Source: a bacterium
Lineage (GTDB): Bacteria; Patescibacteriota; Minisyncoccia; Phycocordibacterales; UBA5272
Direction: 5' to 3'
DNA: 64,000 bases
Assembly: GCA_043771335.1 (NCBI GenBank)
Contig: JAYVHM010000001.1
Location: 28,773 to 92,772 of the forward strand
Both the position numbers and the translations under genes were made by a program. The first letter of the stretch is position 1; each line of letters opens with the position of its first letter. The notes beneath the pieces are model-generated. The model was not told where the DNA came from. It was given only the letters and a program-made list of their open reading frames with translations, and did no database searches. Positions 1 to 10,034 of the stretch are shown piece by piece.

Positions 1-928
1 AAAACTATTTAAAAGAGAAACAAATACCATGCCACAATGGGCAGGGAGTAGCTGGTATTATTTGAGATTTTTAGATCCGCATAATGATAACTTTTTAATA
101 GACCCTAAAGTAGAATCAGAATGGCAGACAAAAGATAATAAGACAGTAGATGTATATGTTGGTGGCGATCACGCTACAAGACACCTCATATATGCACGTT
201 TTTGGCATAAGTTTTTATATGATATCGGAGTGGTCACAACCCTTGAGCCGTTTAATAGATTAGAATTCTTGGGATTTATACTAGCAGAAGACGGTACAAA
301 AATGAGCAAGAGTAAAGGTAATACCATTAACCCAGATACTATCGTAGATGAGTATGGGTCAGATGCATTTAGAATATATGAAATGTTTATGGCGCCATTT
401 GAGGCAACAGCAGTATGGAGTACTAGTAGCATAAAAGGAGTAAAAAGATTTGTAGAGCGTGTAGAGAAATTGAAAAATAACACAGGAATACCTTGTGCTG
501 ATGAAAACATCATACATCAGACTGTTAAGAAGGTGGGAGAAGATATAGAGAGCTTTAAATTCAACACTTGTGTTAGTCAGCTAATGATATGTCTTAATAC
601 TTTTGAAGAGAAAGGGTGTAGTAAGGAAGAGCTTGAAAACTTTCTAAAAATACTCGCACCATTTGCGCCTACACTGTGCAAAGATTATCTAAAATCAGAC
701 TGGCCCACTTATGATGAAAACAAATTAGTCGCAAATACAGTAAACATAGCCTTACAAATCAACGGTAAGTTAAGAGCAACTTTCCAAGCAGAACTAAATA
801 CTGATGATGAAGCAGTAAAAGAATTAGCAAAAAATACAGATGCTTATAAAAAATATATTTTAGAAGAAAAAGTAGAAATTAAAAAAATAATAGTAGTCAA
901 GAATAAAATAGTAAATATAGTAATATAA
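1..928 (+). CDS. leuS: Leucyl-tRNA synthetase, C-terminal part (gene starts upstream of the window)
   Basis: The translation carries class I aaRS features, including the KMSKS-type 'KMSKSKGN' motif and a LeuRS-like anticodon-binding C-terminus. The ORF is open from the window edge. Confidence 0.85.
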   Translation, partial: KLFKRETNTMPQWAGSSWYYLRFLDPHNDNFLIDPKVESEWQTKDNKTVDVYVGGDHATRHLIYARFWHKFLYDIGVVTTLEPFNRLEFLGFILAEDGTKMSKSKGNTINPDTIVDEYGSDAFRIYEMFMAPFEATAVWSTSSIKGVKRFVERVEKLKNNTGIPCADENIIHQTVKKVGEDIESFKFNTCVSQLMICLNTFEEKGCSKEELENFLKILAPFAPTLCKDYLKSDWPTYDENKLVANTVNIALQINGKLRATFQAELNTDDEAVKELAKNTDAYKKYILEEKVEIKKIIVVKNKIVNIVI

Positions 929-1132
929 ATATTATTTTTATTTCTTTTTGGTTTTACTTTAGATTACTTTACCTTACCAAATGTAACTAGTATATATTCT
1001 ATTTATATTGGTGGTATTTTTATATTACTAATTGGAACACTTATTTATACAAGAGAGATTTTAGGAAAGGGTAGAATAAATATTAAGGGTGGAGATATTG
1101 TTGCTAAGATACCCATATTAATCTTTACACTT

Positions 1133-1822
1133 TTGCTGATGCTGTCTAATGAATTTATTAAAAACAAATGGAGACTATACGTTGACCTAATAAGCTACTC
1201 CCTTGCTAGTATTTTTTATTTTATCTTTGCTGTGCCATATATATTAAAAAATATAAATCTTTTTTCTTTTTTAATATCACTTTTGATTTCTAACTTGTTC
1301 TTATATTTTTATTTAAGAGCAGTGTTCAAATTTAATAAAGATACATTAAAACATAAATTACATAACTACCTTCTAATACCCAGCCTATTTTTATCTTTAA
1401 TATATGTTAGCAATATGTTTCCAGCCGTGCCACTTAATTTAAAATATACTGGATTATACAAAGAGATATTAGTTACGCTAGAAAATAATATCACATCTTA
1501 CAAATTAGATGGATTTATAGGTAGAAATTTATTTTTGCAGAATGTAATAAAAAAAGAGGATACAGGGCATATTAATTTTTATACAGAATTACAAGCTCCA
1601 AATAATCTATCAGGTCAAGTCAGTCATATTTGGGAATTTTATAATAAAAATAAAAAAGAATGGGTAAAAATAAATGAAATCAAATATAATATTTATGGAG
1701 GTAGAGAAGGTGGGTACAGAGGGTATAGCAAAATAACAAATCTACAAGTTGGTGAGTACAGGATAAAAGTATTATTAAATAGTAGTAGGTTAGCTGGTGA
1801 AAAACATTTTGTGGTAGAGTAG
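1133..1822 (+). CDS. Hypothetical integral membrane protein with a soluble C-terminal domain
   Basis: The N-terminus has several hydrophobic helices. The ORF uses a TTG start, and no catalytic motif was recognised. Confidence 0.4.
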   Translation: MLMLSNEFIKNKWRLYVDLISYSLASIFYFIFAVPYILKNINLFSFLISLLISNLFLYFYLRAVFKFNKDTLKHKLHNYLLIPSLFLSLIYVSNMFPAVPLNLKYTGLYKEILVTLENNITSYKLDGFIGRNLFLQNVIKKEDTGHINFYTELQAPNNLSGQVSHIWEFYNKNKKEWVKINEIKYNIYGGREGGYRGYSKITNLQVGEYRIKVLLNSSRLAGEKHFVVE

Positions 1823-1891
1823 TTTTTTTATAAGTTTTGAAATATTCATGCCTATTTACTAATTGCAGTATATATGGTATAAATAATAATT

Positions 1892-2083
1892 ATGAGAATC
1901 ATAAAAATATTTTTGTATTATTTGTTATATGTTTTAACTGCGGCATTTCTCTTCGTCTTAGTGGATATTATTGATTTTATTATTCAAGAAGACTTTCTTA
2001 GTAATCTTGCTAAGGTTTTATTTTTTGTTTTTTTTATAAACATACAGTTCTGTATCTTAAAAAATGCTTATACTTTAAAATAA
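1892..2083 (+). CDS. Small membrane protein, translationally coupled to the downstream glycosyltransferase
   Basis: This 63-aa hydrophobic ORF ends 1 nt before the 2085 start. Confidence 0.3.
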   Translation: MRIIKIFLYYLLYVLTAAFLFVLVDIIDFIIQEDFLSNLAKVLFFVFFINIQFCILKNAYTLK

Positions 2084-2084
2084 T

Positions 2085-3449
2085 ATGAAAAAAATACTTA
2101 ATATTTTTTGGAAAAATAGAAATAAAATTTTTGTATATTTTATATTGTATTTAATTTCTACATGTATTATATACTTTAGCTTTTTTAAAAATACAAGTTT
2201 TAATGAAGAATATGTTTATTTTAGAGGTGTAATAATTTTTTTCGCCACAGTGCTTTTAGCAAAATATATTTTATACATAACCGTTAGCCCTTTTTATAAT
2301 ATAAGTAAAATAATTTCTAAAAGAAAGAAAAAATATAACCCTACAGTTTCTGTAATCGTGCCTGCCTGGAATGAAGAAATGGGCATATTAACTACAATTA
2401 ATTCTTTATTAAAGAGTAGCTATAAAAACTTAGAAATAATTGTTATTAATGATGGTTCTACTGATGGATCCGACAAAATACTGACTAATTTTAAGCTAAA
2501 CTATGATTTAAATAAAGAGAGAAATTGTCCTAATTTTATATATCATTACAAAAAAAATGGAGGGAAAGGAGATGCCCTTAATGCTGGGATTGCGATGTCG
2601 AAAGGTAGTATCATAATATCTATTGATGCTGATTGTTACGTTGAGGAAGAGACTATTGAGAATTTTGTAAAAGCATTTCAAGATAGAAAGGTTATGGCAG
2701 CTGTCGGTAAAGTTTACATAGGCAATACACAGACAATCATAGGCGTTGTACAATACTTAGAATTTTTATTTTCGTTCTATTTTAAAAAAGCAGACTCAAT
2801 AATGAATGCTATATATATAATTGGTGGCGCGGCAGGGGCTTTTCGTAGAGAAATATTTACGAAGCTTGGAATGTATAATACGACTAATATAACAGAAGAT
2901 ATAGAGTTGTCCATGCGTATACAAAATGCAGGCTATAAAATAGTATATGCAGATGATGCAATCGTATATACAGAAGGTGCCACATCCTTAGCTGGACTAA
3001 TGAAGCAGAGACTAAGATGGAAAAGGGGAAGACTTGAAACTTTTGGTCAGTTTAAAAATATGTTTTTTAGCTTTAATCACAAACATAAATTTATATTATG
3101 TTGGATAATACTGCCAATTTCTATTTTTGGAGAATTACAAATGTTTATGGAGCCAATTTTTATTATTGCGCTCTATACTTATTGTTTTTTAACAAATGAT
3201 TTTATCTCATTTGTGTCGGGTATGTTGATTGTTTCTACCATGTTTTATATTATATTCTTATTTGATAATTTTAGTATAAAAAATATGAAGAAGTCAGAAT
3301 TTTTAATACTTGCACCGATAAGCTGGTTGCTATTTTATATAGCTACATTTGTTGAATTTGTCGCGCTAATTCAATCTGTGTGGGGTATACTTAAGAAAAA
3401 AGAGATTAAGTGGCAAAAATGGGATAGAGTTGGGGTAGATGGAAAATAA
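2085..3449 (+). CDS. Membrane-embedded processive family-2 glycosyltransferase (CesA/NodC/IcaA/HAS-like polysaccharide synthase)
   Basis: The protein carries GT2 motifs: 'NDGSTDGS', 'ISIDADCY' (DxD), 'ITEDIELS' (TED) and 'KQRLRWKRG' (QxxRW). Transmembrane segments are present at the N- and C-termini. Confidence 0.75.
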   Translation: MKKILNIFWKNRNKIFVYFILYLISTCIIYFSFFKNTSFNEEYVYFRGVIIFFATVLLAKYILYITVSPFYNISKIISKRKKKYNPTVSVIVPAWNEEMGILTTINSLLKSSYKNLEIIVINDGSTDGSDKILTNFKLNYDLNKERNCPNFIYHYKKNGGKGDALNAGIAMSKGSIIISIDADCYVEEETIENFVKAFQDRKVMAAVGKVYIGNTQTIIGVVQYLEFLFSFYFKKADSIMNAIYIIGGAAGAFRREIFTKLGMYNTTNITEDIELSMRIQNAGYKIVYADDAIVYTEGATSLAGLMKQRLRWKRGRLETFGQFKNMFFSFNHKHKFILCWIILPISIFGELQMFMEPIFIIALYTYCFLTNDFISFVSGMLIVSTMFYIIFLFDNFSIKNMKKSEFLILAPISWLLFYIATFVEFVALIQSVWGILKKKEIKWQKWDRVGVDGK

Positions 3450-3648
3450 ATATTAGTTTATCTTTATTAAAATTGTCTTATTTATAATAATTAATAATAT
3501 TAGAAAGTTAACTTTTTTAATTTTGTCTAGAATAAGTTACATCCTAACTACAGTGTATTTTAAAATGTGCAGTAAATAATTTGATAAATTTCTGATTTTA
3601 TGTTATTGTCAAAACGTAAGTTCATTTTAATTCAAAAAGGGTAACAAA

Positions 3649-4002
3649 ATGTCTAAACATACGAGGATACAAGTTGTTGGGGCTAGTCTTACAGACTGCT
3701 TACGTAAATTAGAAAAAGAAGCTGGTCTCCCTAATGGTGACCTGTCTATATCGGACACTAAAGGAGTGGAGGTTGCTGGTTGGCCAACTGGACATGAAGC
3801 AACAAAACATAATTTTATATCAGAGACGTCAGAAAATATCAAGCTGAGCCCAGGTATGGAAGGTTGTATAGTTGGCAGTGTCTTAAAGTCACATGACTCC
3901 ATTGCAGGCATACAGTATGGAGCCACAATGCATATAAGCAAAAACTGCCCAGGGATTTATAGTGATGGAGGGTGTACTAGTTGTGGTGATAGGAGTTTTT
4001 AA
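3649..4002 (+). CDS. Hypothetical 117-aa protein in a locally GC-rich segment
   Basis: The ORF is preceded by 'aaaggg' 8 nt upstream and followed by a perfect terminator hairpin. Its GC content is far above the flanks. The antisense frame (3627..3941) is also open, so the coding call is uncertain. Confidence 0.35.
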   Translation: MSKHTRIQVVGASLTDCLRKLEKEAGLPNGDLSISDTKGVEVAGWPTGHEATKHNFISETSENIKLSPGMEGCIVGSVLKSHDSIAGIQYGATMHISKNCPGIYSDGGCTSCGDRSF

Positions 4003-4014
4003 TTTCAATTTTGT

Positions 4015-4046
4015 AAAACCGCAAAGCTTTGCTTTGCGGTTTTTTA
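4015..4046 (+). terminator. Rho-independent terminator
   Basis: This is a perfect inverted repeat, AAAACCGCAAAGC-TTT-GCTTTGCGGTTTT, followed by a T-tract. Confidence 0.65.
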
Positions 4047-4110
4047 TTTGATATTTTTTACATTTTATGTTATAATTCTAGTCTAAAATAAGTACAAAAA
4101 TTACAAATAT

Positions 4111-5904
4111 ATGCAACAAGAAATTAGAAATATCGCGATTATCGCCCATGTGGACCATGGAAAAACAACTCTTACTGACTCACTAATGCAGCAATGCGGT
4201 ACAGGAGAAAAAGGAGCAACGATGGACAGTAATGCACTAGAACAAGAGCGTGGTATTACCATTTATGCTAAAAATACTTCTGTAGATTACAAAGGTGTAA
4301 AGATAAATATTTTAGATACACCAGGTCATGCTGACTTTGGATCTGAGGTGGAGCGTGTATTACGTTCTATTGACTCGGTGTTGCTTGTTGTTGATGCTCA
4401 GGAAGGCCCTATGCCTCAGACACGTTTTGTACTTAAAAAATCTCTCGAGCTTGGATTAAAACCAATAGTAGTTATAAATAAAATTGATAAACCGGCAGCT
4501 GATGCATCTCGCGTGCATGATGAAGTGTTTGAATTATTTATGGAGCTAGGTGCTAATGATGAGCAGTTACAATTTTCAACAGTGTATGCTATAGGCCGTG
4601 ATGGTGTTGCTATGAAAAATGAATTAGACGAGCGTGTTAACCTTGACCCACTTTTAGATATGATTTTAGAAAAAGTTCCAAAAGCAACAGGTGATGTAAA
4701 TAATAAATTCAAAGCACAAGTATTTAATCTTGCATATGATAACTTCCTAGGTCGTATGGCGACGGCTCGTATTTATGATGGTAAAGTTAAAATGGGACAA
4801 ACTATTACAGTTATAAAGCCAACAGGTGAGACTAGAACTGGTAAGATTTCAAAAATGTTTGCCTTTCGTGGCATTTCAAGAGTAGAGGTACAAGAGGGTG
4901 TAGCTGGTGACATTGTGATGATCGCTGGATTCCCAGATATTTTTATTGGAGAGACTTTTGCAGAAGATGCTACACTGGAGCCAGTAAAAGCTATCAATGT
5001 AGATGAGCCAACTATCGCACTTTACTTCCTTGTTAATGATTCACCATTTGCAGGAAAAGAAGGTAAATTTGTAACTACAAGACAAATCAGAGATAGACTA
5101 GAAAAAGAATTAGAGGTTAACGTGGGTATGCGTGTTAATTTTGATGGAGATAGATATGAAGTGTTCGGACGTGGTGAGATGCATGTGTCAGTATTACTCG
5201 AGACTATGCGCCGTGAAGGATTTGAACTTCAGGTGTCACAACCGAAAGTTATCATACACACTCTTGCTGATGGAAGTAAAGAAGAGCCATATGAGGAGGT
5301 GGTAATAGACGTACCGACAGAACACAGCGGTATCGTTATGGAGAAAATGGGTAAACGTAAAGGTATGATCACAGACATGAATGAAAAAGACGGCACTACT
5401 CGTATCAAGGCCGAGATACCAACTCGTGGATTACTTGGTTACCGTGGAGAATTTATCGTAGATACTAAAGGTCTCGGTATCTTATCAGCAAGATTTACAA
5501 AATTTGGACCGTATGCTGGAACTATTGACCGTCGTGACGTAGGATCTATGACATCTATGGAAACAGGTAAGGCACTTGGATTCTCTCTTTGGAACTTGCA
5601 AGATCGTGGTGTTATGTATATACATCCAGCTACTGAGGTATATGAGGGTATGATCGTAGGTAATACAAGCAAGGGAGAGGAGATGATGGTGAATCCAACA
5701 AAAGGTAAACAATTATCAAATATGCGTTCATCAGGAGCTGATGAAGCCATAACTCTTGTTCCTCCATTTGAGATTAGTATCGAGCGTGGACTTGAAATCA
5801 TGAATGCTGATGAATACTTAGAGATAACTCCAAAATCAGTAAGACTTCGTAAACAGCTTTTAACTGATACAGAGAGATCAAAGAATAAAAGAAAAGATAA
5901 TTAA
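4111..5904 (+). CDS. typA: Translational GTPase TypA/BipA
   Basis: The G1 motif 'AIIAHVDHGKTTL' and G3 'DTPGHADF' are present. The protein is 597 aa with an EF-G-like domain order. Confidence 0.9.
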   Translation: MQQEIRNIAIIAHVDHGKTTLTDSLMQQCGTGEKGATMDSNALEQERGITIYAKNTSVDYKGVKINILDTPGHADFGSEVERVLRSIDSVLLVVDAQEGPMPQTRFVLKKSLELGLKPIVVINKIDKPAADASRVHDEVFELFMELGANDEQLQFSTVYAIGRDGVAMKNELDERVNLDPLLDMILEKVPKATGDVNNKFKAQVFNLAYDNFLGRMATARIYDGKVKMGQTITVIKPTGETRTGKISKMFAFRGISRVEVQEGVAGDIVMIAGFPDIFIGETFAEDATLEPVKAINVDEPTIALYFLVNDSPFAGKEGKFVTTRQIRDRLEKELEVNVGMRVNFDGDRYEVFGRGEMHVSVLLETMRREGFELQVSQPKVIIHTLADGSKEEPYEEVVIDVPTEHSGIVMEKMGKRKGMITDMNEKDGTTRIKAEIPTRGLLGYRGEFIVDTKGLGILSARFTKFGPYAGTIDRRDVGSMTSMETGKALGFSLWNLQDRGVMYIHPATEVYEGMIVGNTSKGEEMMVNPTKGKQLSNMRSSGADEAITLVPPFEISIERGLEIMNADEYLEITPKSVRLRKQLLTDTERSKNKRKDN

Positions 5905-5947
5905 TTTGCCTAAACTCTAAAATTTGTTTTTATTCTAAATATAACAC

Positions 5948-5978
5948 AAAAATACTCTTATATATTAAGAGTATTTTT
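5948..5978. terminator. Bidirectional intrinsic terminator between convergent typA and dnaB
   Basis: The palindrome AAAAATACTCTTA-TATAT-TAAGAGTATTTTT has A/T runs on both sides. Confidence 0.55.
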
Positions 5979-6006
5979 ATGTTAAAAAGTATATATTCGT
6001 TTTCAT

Positions 6007-7458
6007 CTAAAAACCGCTCACGCTCATTGCTGGCATTTGAAAATCTCCAAATGCGTCCTCGGCGACTTCTGAGAAGCTGGTAGTCTTTGCATCGAACATT
6101 AACTTGACCATTCCTGTAGCACCATTACGATGTTTTTCTATCAGTAACTCTACCACATTATTATTCTGAGCCTGCTCACCATACTTCTCTTCACGATGTA
6201 TGAACATAACCACGTCAGCATCCTGCTCGATTGATCCTGAGTCACGAAGGTCGGACAGGCGAGGTTTACCTCCACGCTGTTCTACATTACGACTTAGCTG
6301 TGATAGAGCGATTACGGGGCAGTTGAACTCTTTTGCTAACACTTTTAATGATTTAGATATATCACTCACCTGATGCACCATGCTATCAAAATTTTTAGTA
6401 GTGCTCATAAGTTGTAAGTAGTCCACTATGATTAACCCTACAGGCTTCTCAGCGCGTAACCTACGTAACACTGAGCGCATGTTCACAATGTTATTAGCTG
6501 GCGTATCGTCTATGAATATCGGAGCTTTTGACAATTCATTTAGTCCTTGTTGCAGTCTCTCTATGTCATGTTCCATAGATAATTTCCCAGTACGCAGTTT
6601 CCAGCCATCCACATGTGACTGAGCAGCTAGCATACGGTCAAAAAGCTGCTCTTTACTCATTTCCAATGAGAATATTGCAGTGTGCACATTATGCTTCACG
6701 GCTGCTGAACGGGCAAAGTCTAACATGAGTGATGACTTACCAACAGACGGACGGGCAGCTAAAATAATTAAGTCAGATTTTTGAAATCCAGATAGTTTGT
6801 GATCAACAGAAGAGAAGCCAGTCGGCACGCCACGCAGACTACCATCGTCACCCTGCATCATTTCTATTCTTTCCCAGGCACCGTCTATTAGCTCAGCTAA
6901 TTTTACTAATTTCCCGGCACCAGTTCCAAAACTAGTTATCTCAAATATATCTTTTTCTGCTGTCTCTAATATATGTTCTACTTCGTGTTTTTCTTCGTAA
7001 CTTACATCGGCTATTTTTGTACTAACTTCTATGAGCCTTCTTAAGAGTTCTTTCTTTTTTAAAATAGTCGCATAGTATTTTATATTTGCAGCAGATGCTA
7101 CGAAATTAGAAAGCTCAGCCAAATAAGCTGGTCCACCTATTTGATCTAAAATATTTTTTTGTTTTAATTTATTATTGAGCGAGATTAGGTCTACCGGTTC
7201 CTTTGCAGCAGTTAACTCTTGCATTGTATTCCATATGCTTCTGTGTTTTTCTGCATAGAAACTTTTCTCTCGTATCAAATCTTCTATATCATAGTAACTT
7301 TCAGGTGAGATGATGATAGCGCCGAGCAGAGCACGCTCACTATCTATATCTTGAGGAGGCACACGCATACCATCAAATGGATTCTTGCTATCATATCTTC
7401 TATTCTTGTCTCCAAAATTATCATATTTCTTTTTATATTCTTTTTGTGAGTCTGACAT
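6007..7458 (-). CDS. dnaB: Replicative DNA helicase DnaB
   Basis: The protein is 483 aa with a RecA-like C-domain and a Walker A 'ARPSVGKSS'. The motifs 'GLIIVDYLQLM' and 'ALSQLSR' are typical of DnaB. Confidence 0.9.
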   Translation of the reverse strand: MSDSQKEYKKKYDNFGDKNRRYDSKNPFDGMRVPPQDIDSERALLGAIIISPESYYDIEDLIREKSFYAEKHRSIWNTMQELTAAKEPVDLISLNNKLKQKNILDQIGGPAYLAELSNFVASAANIKYYATILKKKELLRRLIEVSTKIADVSYEEKHEVEHILETAEKDIFEITSFGTGAGKLVKLAELIDGAWERIEMMQGDDGSLRGVPTGFSSVDHKLSGFQKSDLIILAARPSVGKSSLMLDFARSAAVKHNVHTAIFSLEMSKEQLFDRMLAAQSHVDGWKLRTGKLSMEHDIERLQQGLNELSKAPIFIDDTPANNIVNMRSVLRRLRAEKPVGLIIVDYLQLMSTTKNFDSMVHQVSDISKSLKVLAKEFNCPVIALSQLSRNVEQRGGKPRLSDLRDSGSIEQDADVVMFIHREEKYGEQAQNNNVVELLIEKHRNGATGMVKLMFDAKTTSFSEVAEDAFGDFQMPAMSVSGF

Positions 7459-7692
7459 GATATTTTTTAATTTATTATTTTTGTAAAAAGATATTAAGTT
7501 ATTTCTTATTTATAATTATAATATTTTAACAGTTATATATCTAGACTATGCAAGTCAAATATCTGTGTATTATGTGTAGAAGTCAAAATAATCATAAAAA
7601 TATAACTCTTGCATTTCAAAGACTTTTGTTGTAGTATGTAAAAGTAAGCCTATTTTAGGTTCTAAATCAACTTTTAAAGAAAGAGGTACAAA

Positions 7693-7998
7693 ATGGCAAC
7701 TTCCAGATTCATACAGGCCGCAGTAAGAGCCTTAGATCACACTGTCCAGAATAATCCTAACTGCGTCTGCAGTATTGATTTTAAGAATTCGCAAATTCTC
7801 CCATTCTTTCGAATTAATAATGTGCCAGAGTTTTTAAAAAATACAGAAGTAAAGCATTATAAAGTTACTATAAAAATAGTTGATTCTACTAAAAAAATCT
7901 CAAAAGTTATTTATAAAATACATAGGTCTCATCAACGTTGGTGGTTCAGGATCATTGAAGAAACTGAACTGGATGAATTCATAGAAATAGATGGTTAA
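7693..7998 (+). CDS. Hypothetical protein (101 aa)
   Basis: An ORF with a downstream hairpin terminator. No motif was recognised. Confidence 0.35.
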   Translation: MATSRFIQAAVRALDHTVQNNPNCVCSIDFKNSQILPFFRINNVPEFLKNTEVKHYKVTIKIVDSTKKISKVIYKIHRSHQRWWFRIIEETELDEFIEIDG

Positions 7999-8007
7999 AT
8001 TAAGATA

Positions 8008-8036
8008 AATGCGCAAAATATTGCGCATTTTTATTT
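8008..8036. terminator. Bidirectional intrinsic terminator
   Basis: The hairpin AATGCGCAA-AATA-TTGCGCATT is followed by TTTTATTTT, between convergent genes. Confidence 0.55.
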
Positions 8037-8046
8037 TATTTATTTA

Positions 8047-8715
8047 TTATTTCCTAAAACTAAAAGCAGATTTAAAAGTATCATGATCTATATACTCCAT
8101 CTCAAGACCAGTAGACACACCACGAGCTAACATTGAGATTTTTACTTTATCCATACCAACTACTTGGGTTATGGTTTTTTTAATATATTCCACCTGATTA
8201 TCACCTTCGTCATTCGCTGGTAATGCAAATATTATCTCAGATAAATTAGCAGTTTTCTCTTCTGAGTTTTCTTGATTTTCTACTCTAGAATCTAATTTCT
8301 TTCTAAGTATTTCCACCAGCTCACGTATTCTTATATGCTCTCGAGGGTCATCGACAAGGAAAGGTAACTTACCTCCGGTTACAAAGTATACACCACTATA
8401 CTCAGAAGTTTTTTCTATGGCATTTACGTCTAATTCTTTTTCTACGATTAATACTACTTTTCTGTCTCTGCTTTCGTCACTACAAATATTACATAATTTA
8501 TTTTTCTCAACATTTACATTTGTATTAGAAAAAAAAGAATAACACTCAGCACATTGTGAGCTATTTAATTTTATATTCAAAATATTTTTGGATAAGCTAT
8601 CTATAAAGTTTTTATTCTGTTTCATCAAGTAATAAGCAAAACGCTCAGCCTGCTTTGGGCCGATACCAGGTAATCTCTGTAAATCTGCTATGAGGCTATC
8701 TTTTACGTTATTCAT
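8047..8715 (-). CDS. recR: Recombination protein RecR
   Basis: The N-terminal HhH motif 'LPGIGPKQAERFAYYL' is present, followed by a C4 zinc finger 'CAECYSF...CNICS' and a Toprim domain. The protein is 222 aa. Confidence 0.85.
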   Translation of the reverse strand: MNNVKDSLIADLQRLPGIGPKQAERFAYYLMKQNKNFIDSLSKNILNIKLNSSQCAECYSFFSNTNVNVEKNKLCNICSDESRDRKVVLIVEKELDVNAIEKTSEYSGVYFVTGGKLPFLVDDPREHIRIRELVEILRKKLDSRVENQENSEEKTANLSEIIFALPANDEGDNQVEYIKKTITQVVGMDKVKISMLARGVSTGLEMEYIDHDTFKSAFSFRK

Positions 8716-8763
8716 AGGTTTTGAGTTATTTTCTTTGTTAATTATAGCATATTTACAGCTTCA

Positions 8764-8772
8764 TGCTATAAT
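8764..8772 (+). promoter_or_regulatory. Extended -10 promoter element TGCTATAAT
   Basis: Exact TGnTATAAT match 24 nt upstream of the 8796 ATG. Confidence 0.45.
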
Positions 8773-8795
8773 TATAATTCGAACAATATAAATAT

Positions 8796-9962
8796 ATGCA
8801 AAAAAAAGTAAATATAAAAAAGTTTTTATCAAAATTCACACAAAATACACTTTTAAAACAACTTTTTGAAATGCATCATAATGAGATAGATAAAAAGGGA
8901 AAGAAAAAATTCACTGTGCCAAATATAATGGATGGAAAAAATGATGAGAAGGTCACTGATGACTGGTATGAATTTTACAAAAGTCTTGAATTAGAAGATA
9001 GAGAAAATATAAATGAAAGCATAGAAAAAATAAATCTACTTTGTAATAAAGATTCTAATGACATATATAAAAATTACACCAGCAAGACTGACCCCACAGC
9101 AAATGAGGTAATAGCATTTTCATTCCACGATAAGGGGCTCGCATTTTTTATTGACCATTTTGAAAAGTTTGAAGATATTATATTTATAATTTCTTTTTAT
9201 AAAAAAAATAGCTGGAAAAGATTTGAAGCAAAAGGTGCCGTAGAAAAAGATATAGAAGTTATAGATGAGGAGTTAAAAGAAAAATATTCTGAGTATCTAG
9301 AAGCGGTTATTGGGAGTAGTGTGGGAGCGAGTCTCGAAGTTAAAACTTTAAAACATGACAATATGTTCATGACTAATATTTCTTATCGTGATGGTGGCAT
9401 TAAAAATATTTCGCTAGTTTACCTCTTTGAGCATCAAGAAGTTATGGTAAAAGCATCAGGTAACAAAGAAGTACAGTTCGCCTACGCAGAAATGTATATG
9501 AAGAAGGTCAATGGCTTTGCTATGGATTATAAAGAGATGAGTTATGACCTGGATACTTTTGTTAACTTGGAAGATTTTAAAGCACCACTTCAAGACAATA
9601 CAAATGTGAATGCTTGGGCAGTTAAAAGTGTAAAGTTAATTAGTGGCAGAAGTCAGATTAATATTACTTTTAAATTAAGCGATGAAGAGAAGTATATGCA
9701 AGGCATGCATAATACTTTTGAGAATCTAAACATGTTAGAAGGTCTAAAATCTGGAATACACAAGATAAATAACGTTAGCTTTAACATGCAAGTAACCGGT
9801 GAAGATTATAACAAGGGCAAGAAAAATGTTGGGGTTATAATAAAAGAAAACGCCACCAACCTGAATATATTAAAAAAGGAACACAGGCTAATAGATAAAA
9901 TCTTAAAAGATAGGGCAGTAGCGACAGGGTATAAAGACATAGAAATCAGCAAGCAAAAATAG
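8796..9962 (+). CDS. Hypothetical protein (388 aa), immediately upstream of tRNA-Glu
   Basis: A long, Lys/Glu-rich ORF. No motif was recognised. Confidence 0.45.
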   Translation: MQKKVNIKKFLSKFTQNTLLKQLFEMHHNEIDKKGKKKFTVPNIMDGKNDEKVTDDWYEFYKSLELEDRENINESIEKINLLCNKDSNDIYKNYTSKTDPTANEVIAFSFHDKGLAFFIDHFEKFEDIIFIISFYKKNSWKRFEAKGAVEKDIEVIDEELKEKYSEYLEAVIGSSVGASLEVKTLKHDNMFMTNISYRDGGIKNISLVYLFEHQEVMVKASGNKEVQFAYAEMYMKKVNGFAMDYKEMSYDLDTFVNLEDFKAPLQDNTNVNAWAVKSVKLISGRSQINITFKLSDEEKYMQGMHNTFENLNMLEGLKSGIHKINNVSFNMQVTGEDYNKGKKNVGVIIKENATNLNILKKEHRLIDKILKDRAVATGYKDIEISKQK

Positions 9963-9990
9963 GTTTTTATTTTGCATAATTTCAAATATA

Positions 9991-9999
9991 TGTTATAAT
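9991..9999 (+). promoter_or_regulatory. Extended -10 promoter TGTTATAAT, probably driving tRNA-Glu
   Basis: Exact TGnTATAAT match about 35 nt upstream of the tRNA 5' end. Confidence 0.5.
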
Positions 10000-10034
10000 A
10001 TAAAAGTTAAATACTTTCCAAGGTATTTAACGCT

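Noticed and set aside
169-513. Antisense ORFs inside conserved genes (for example 169..513 -, 4416..4712 -, 4773..4997 -, 5439..5801 -, 6428..6622 +, 11887..12249 +, 14796..15107 -, 30450..31104 -, 31399..31590 -, 39630..39857 +, 57726..57944 +)
   Set aside because: They are fully embedded in the opposite strand of strongly conserved housekeeping genes. Their composition is low-complexity and Ser/Leu-rich, typical of frame shadows, and they are not preceded by RBS-like sequences.
3600-4050. A GC-rich 350-bp block as RNase P RNA, tmRNA or SRP RNA
   Set aside because: I looked for the universally conserved strings: RNase P P4 'GGAAAGUCC' and 'ACAGAA..GGCUUA', the tmRNA tRNA-like 3' end 'GGUUCGAnUCC...CCA' and an ANDENYALAA-type tag frame, and the SRP domain IV motif. 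None is present. I kept it as a low-confidence CDS or unknown element instead.
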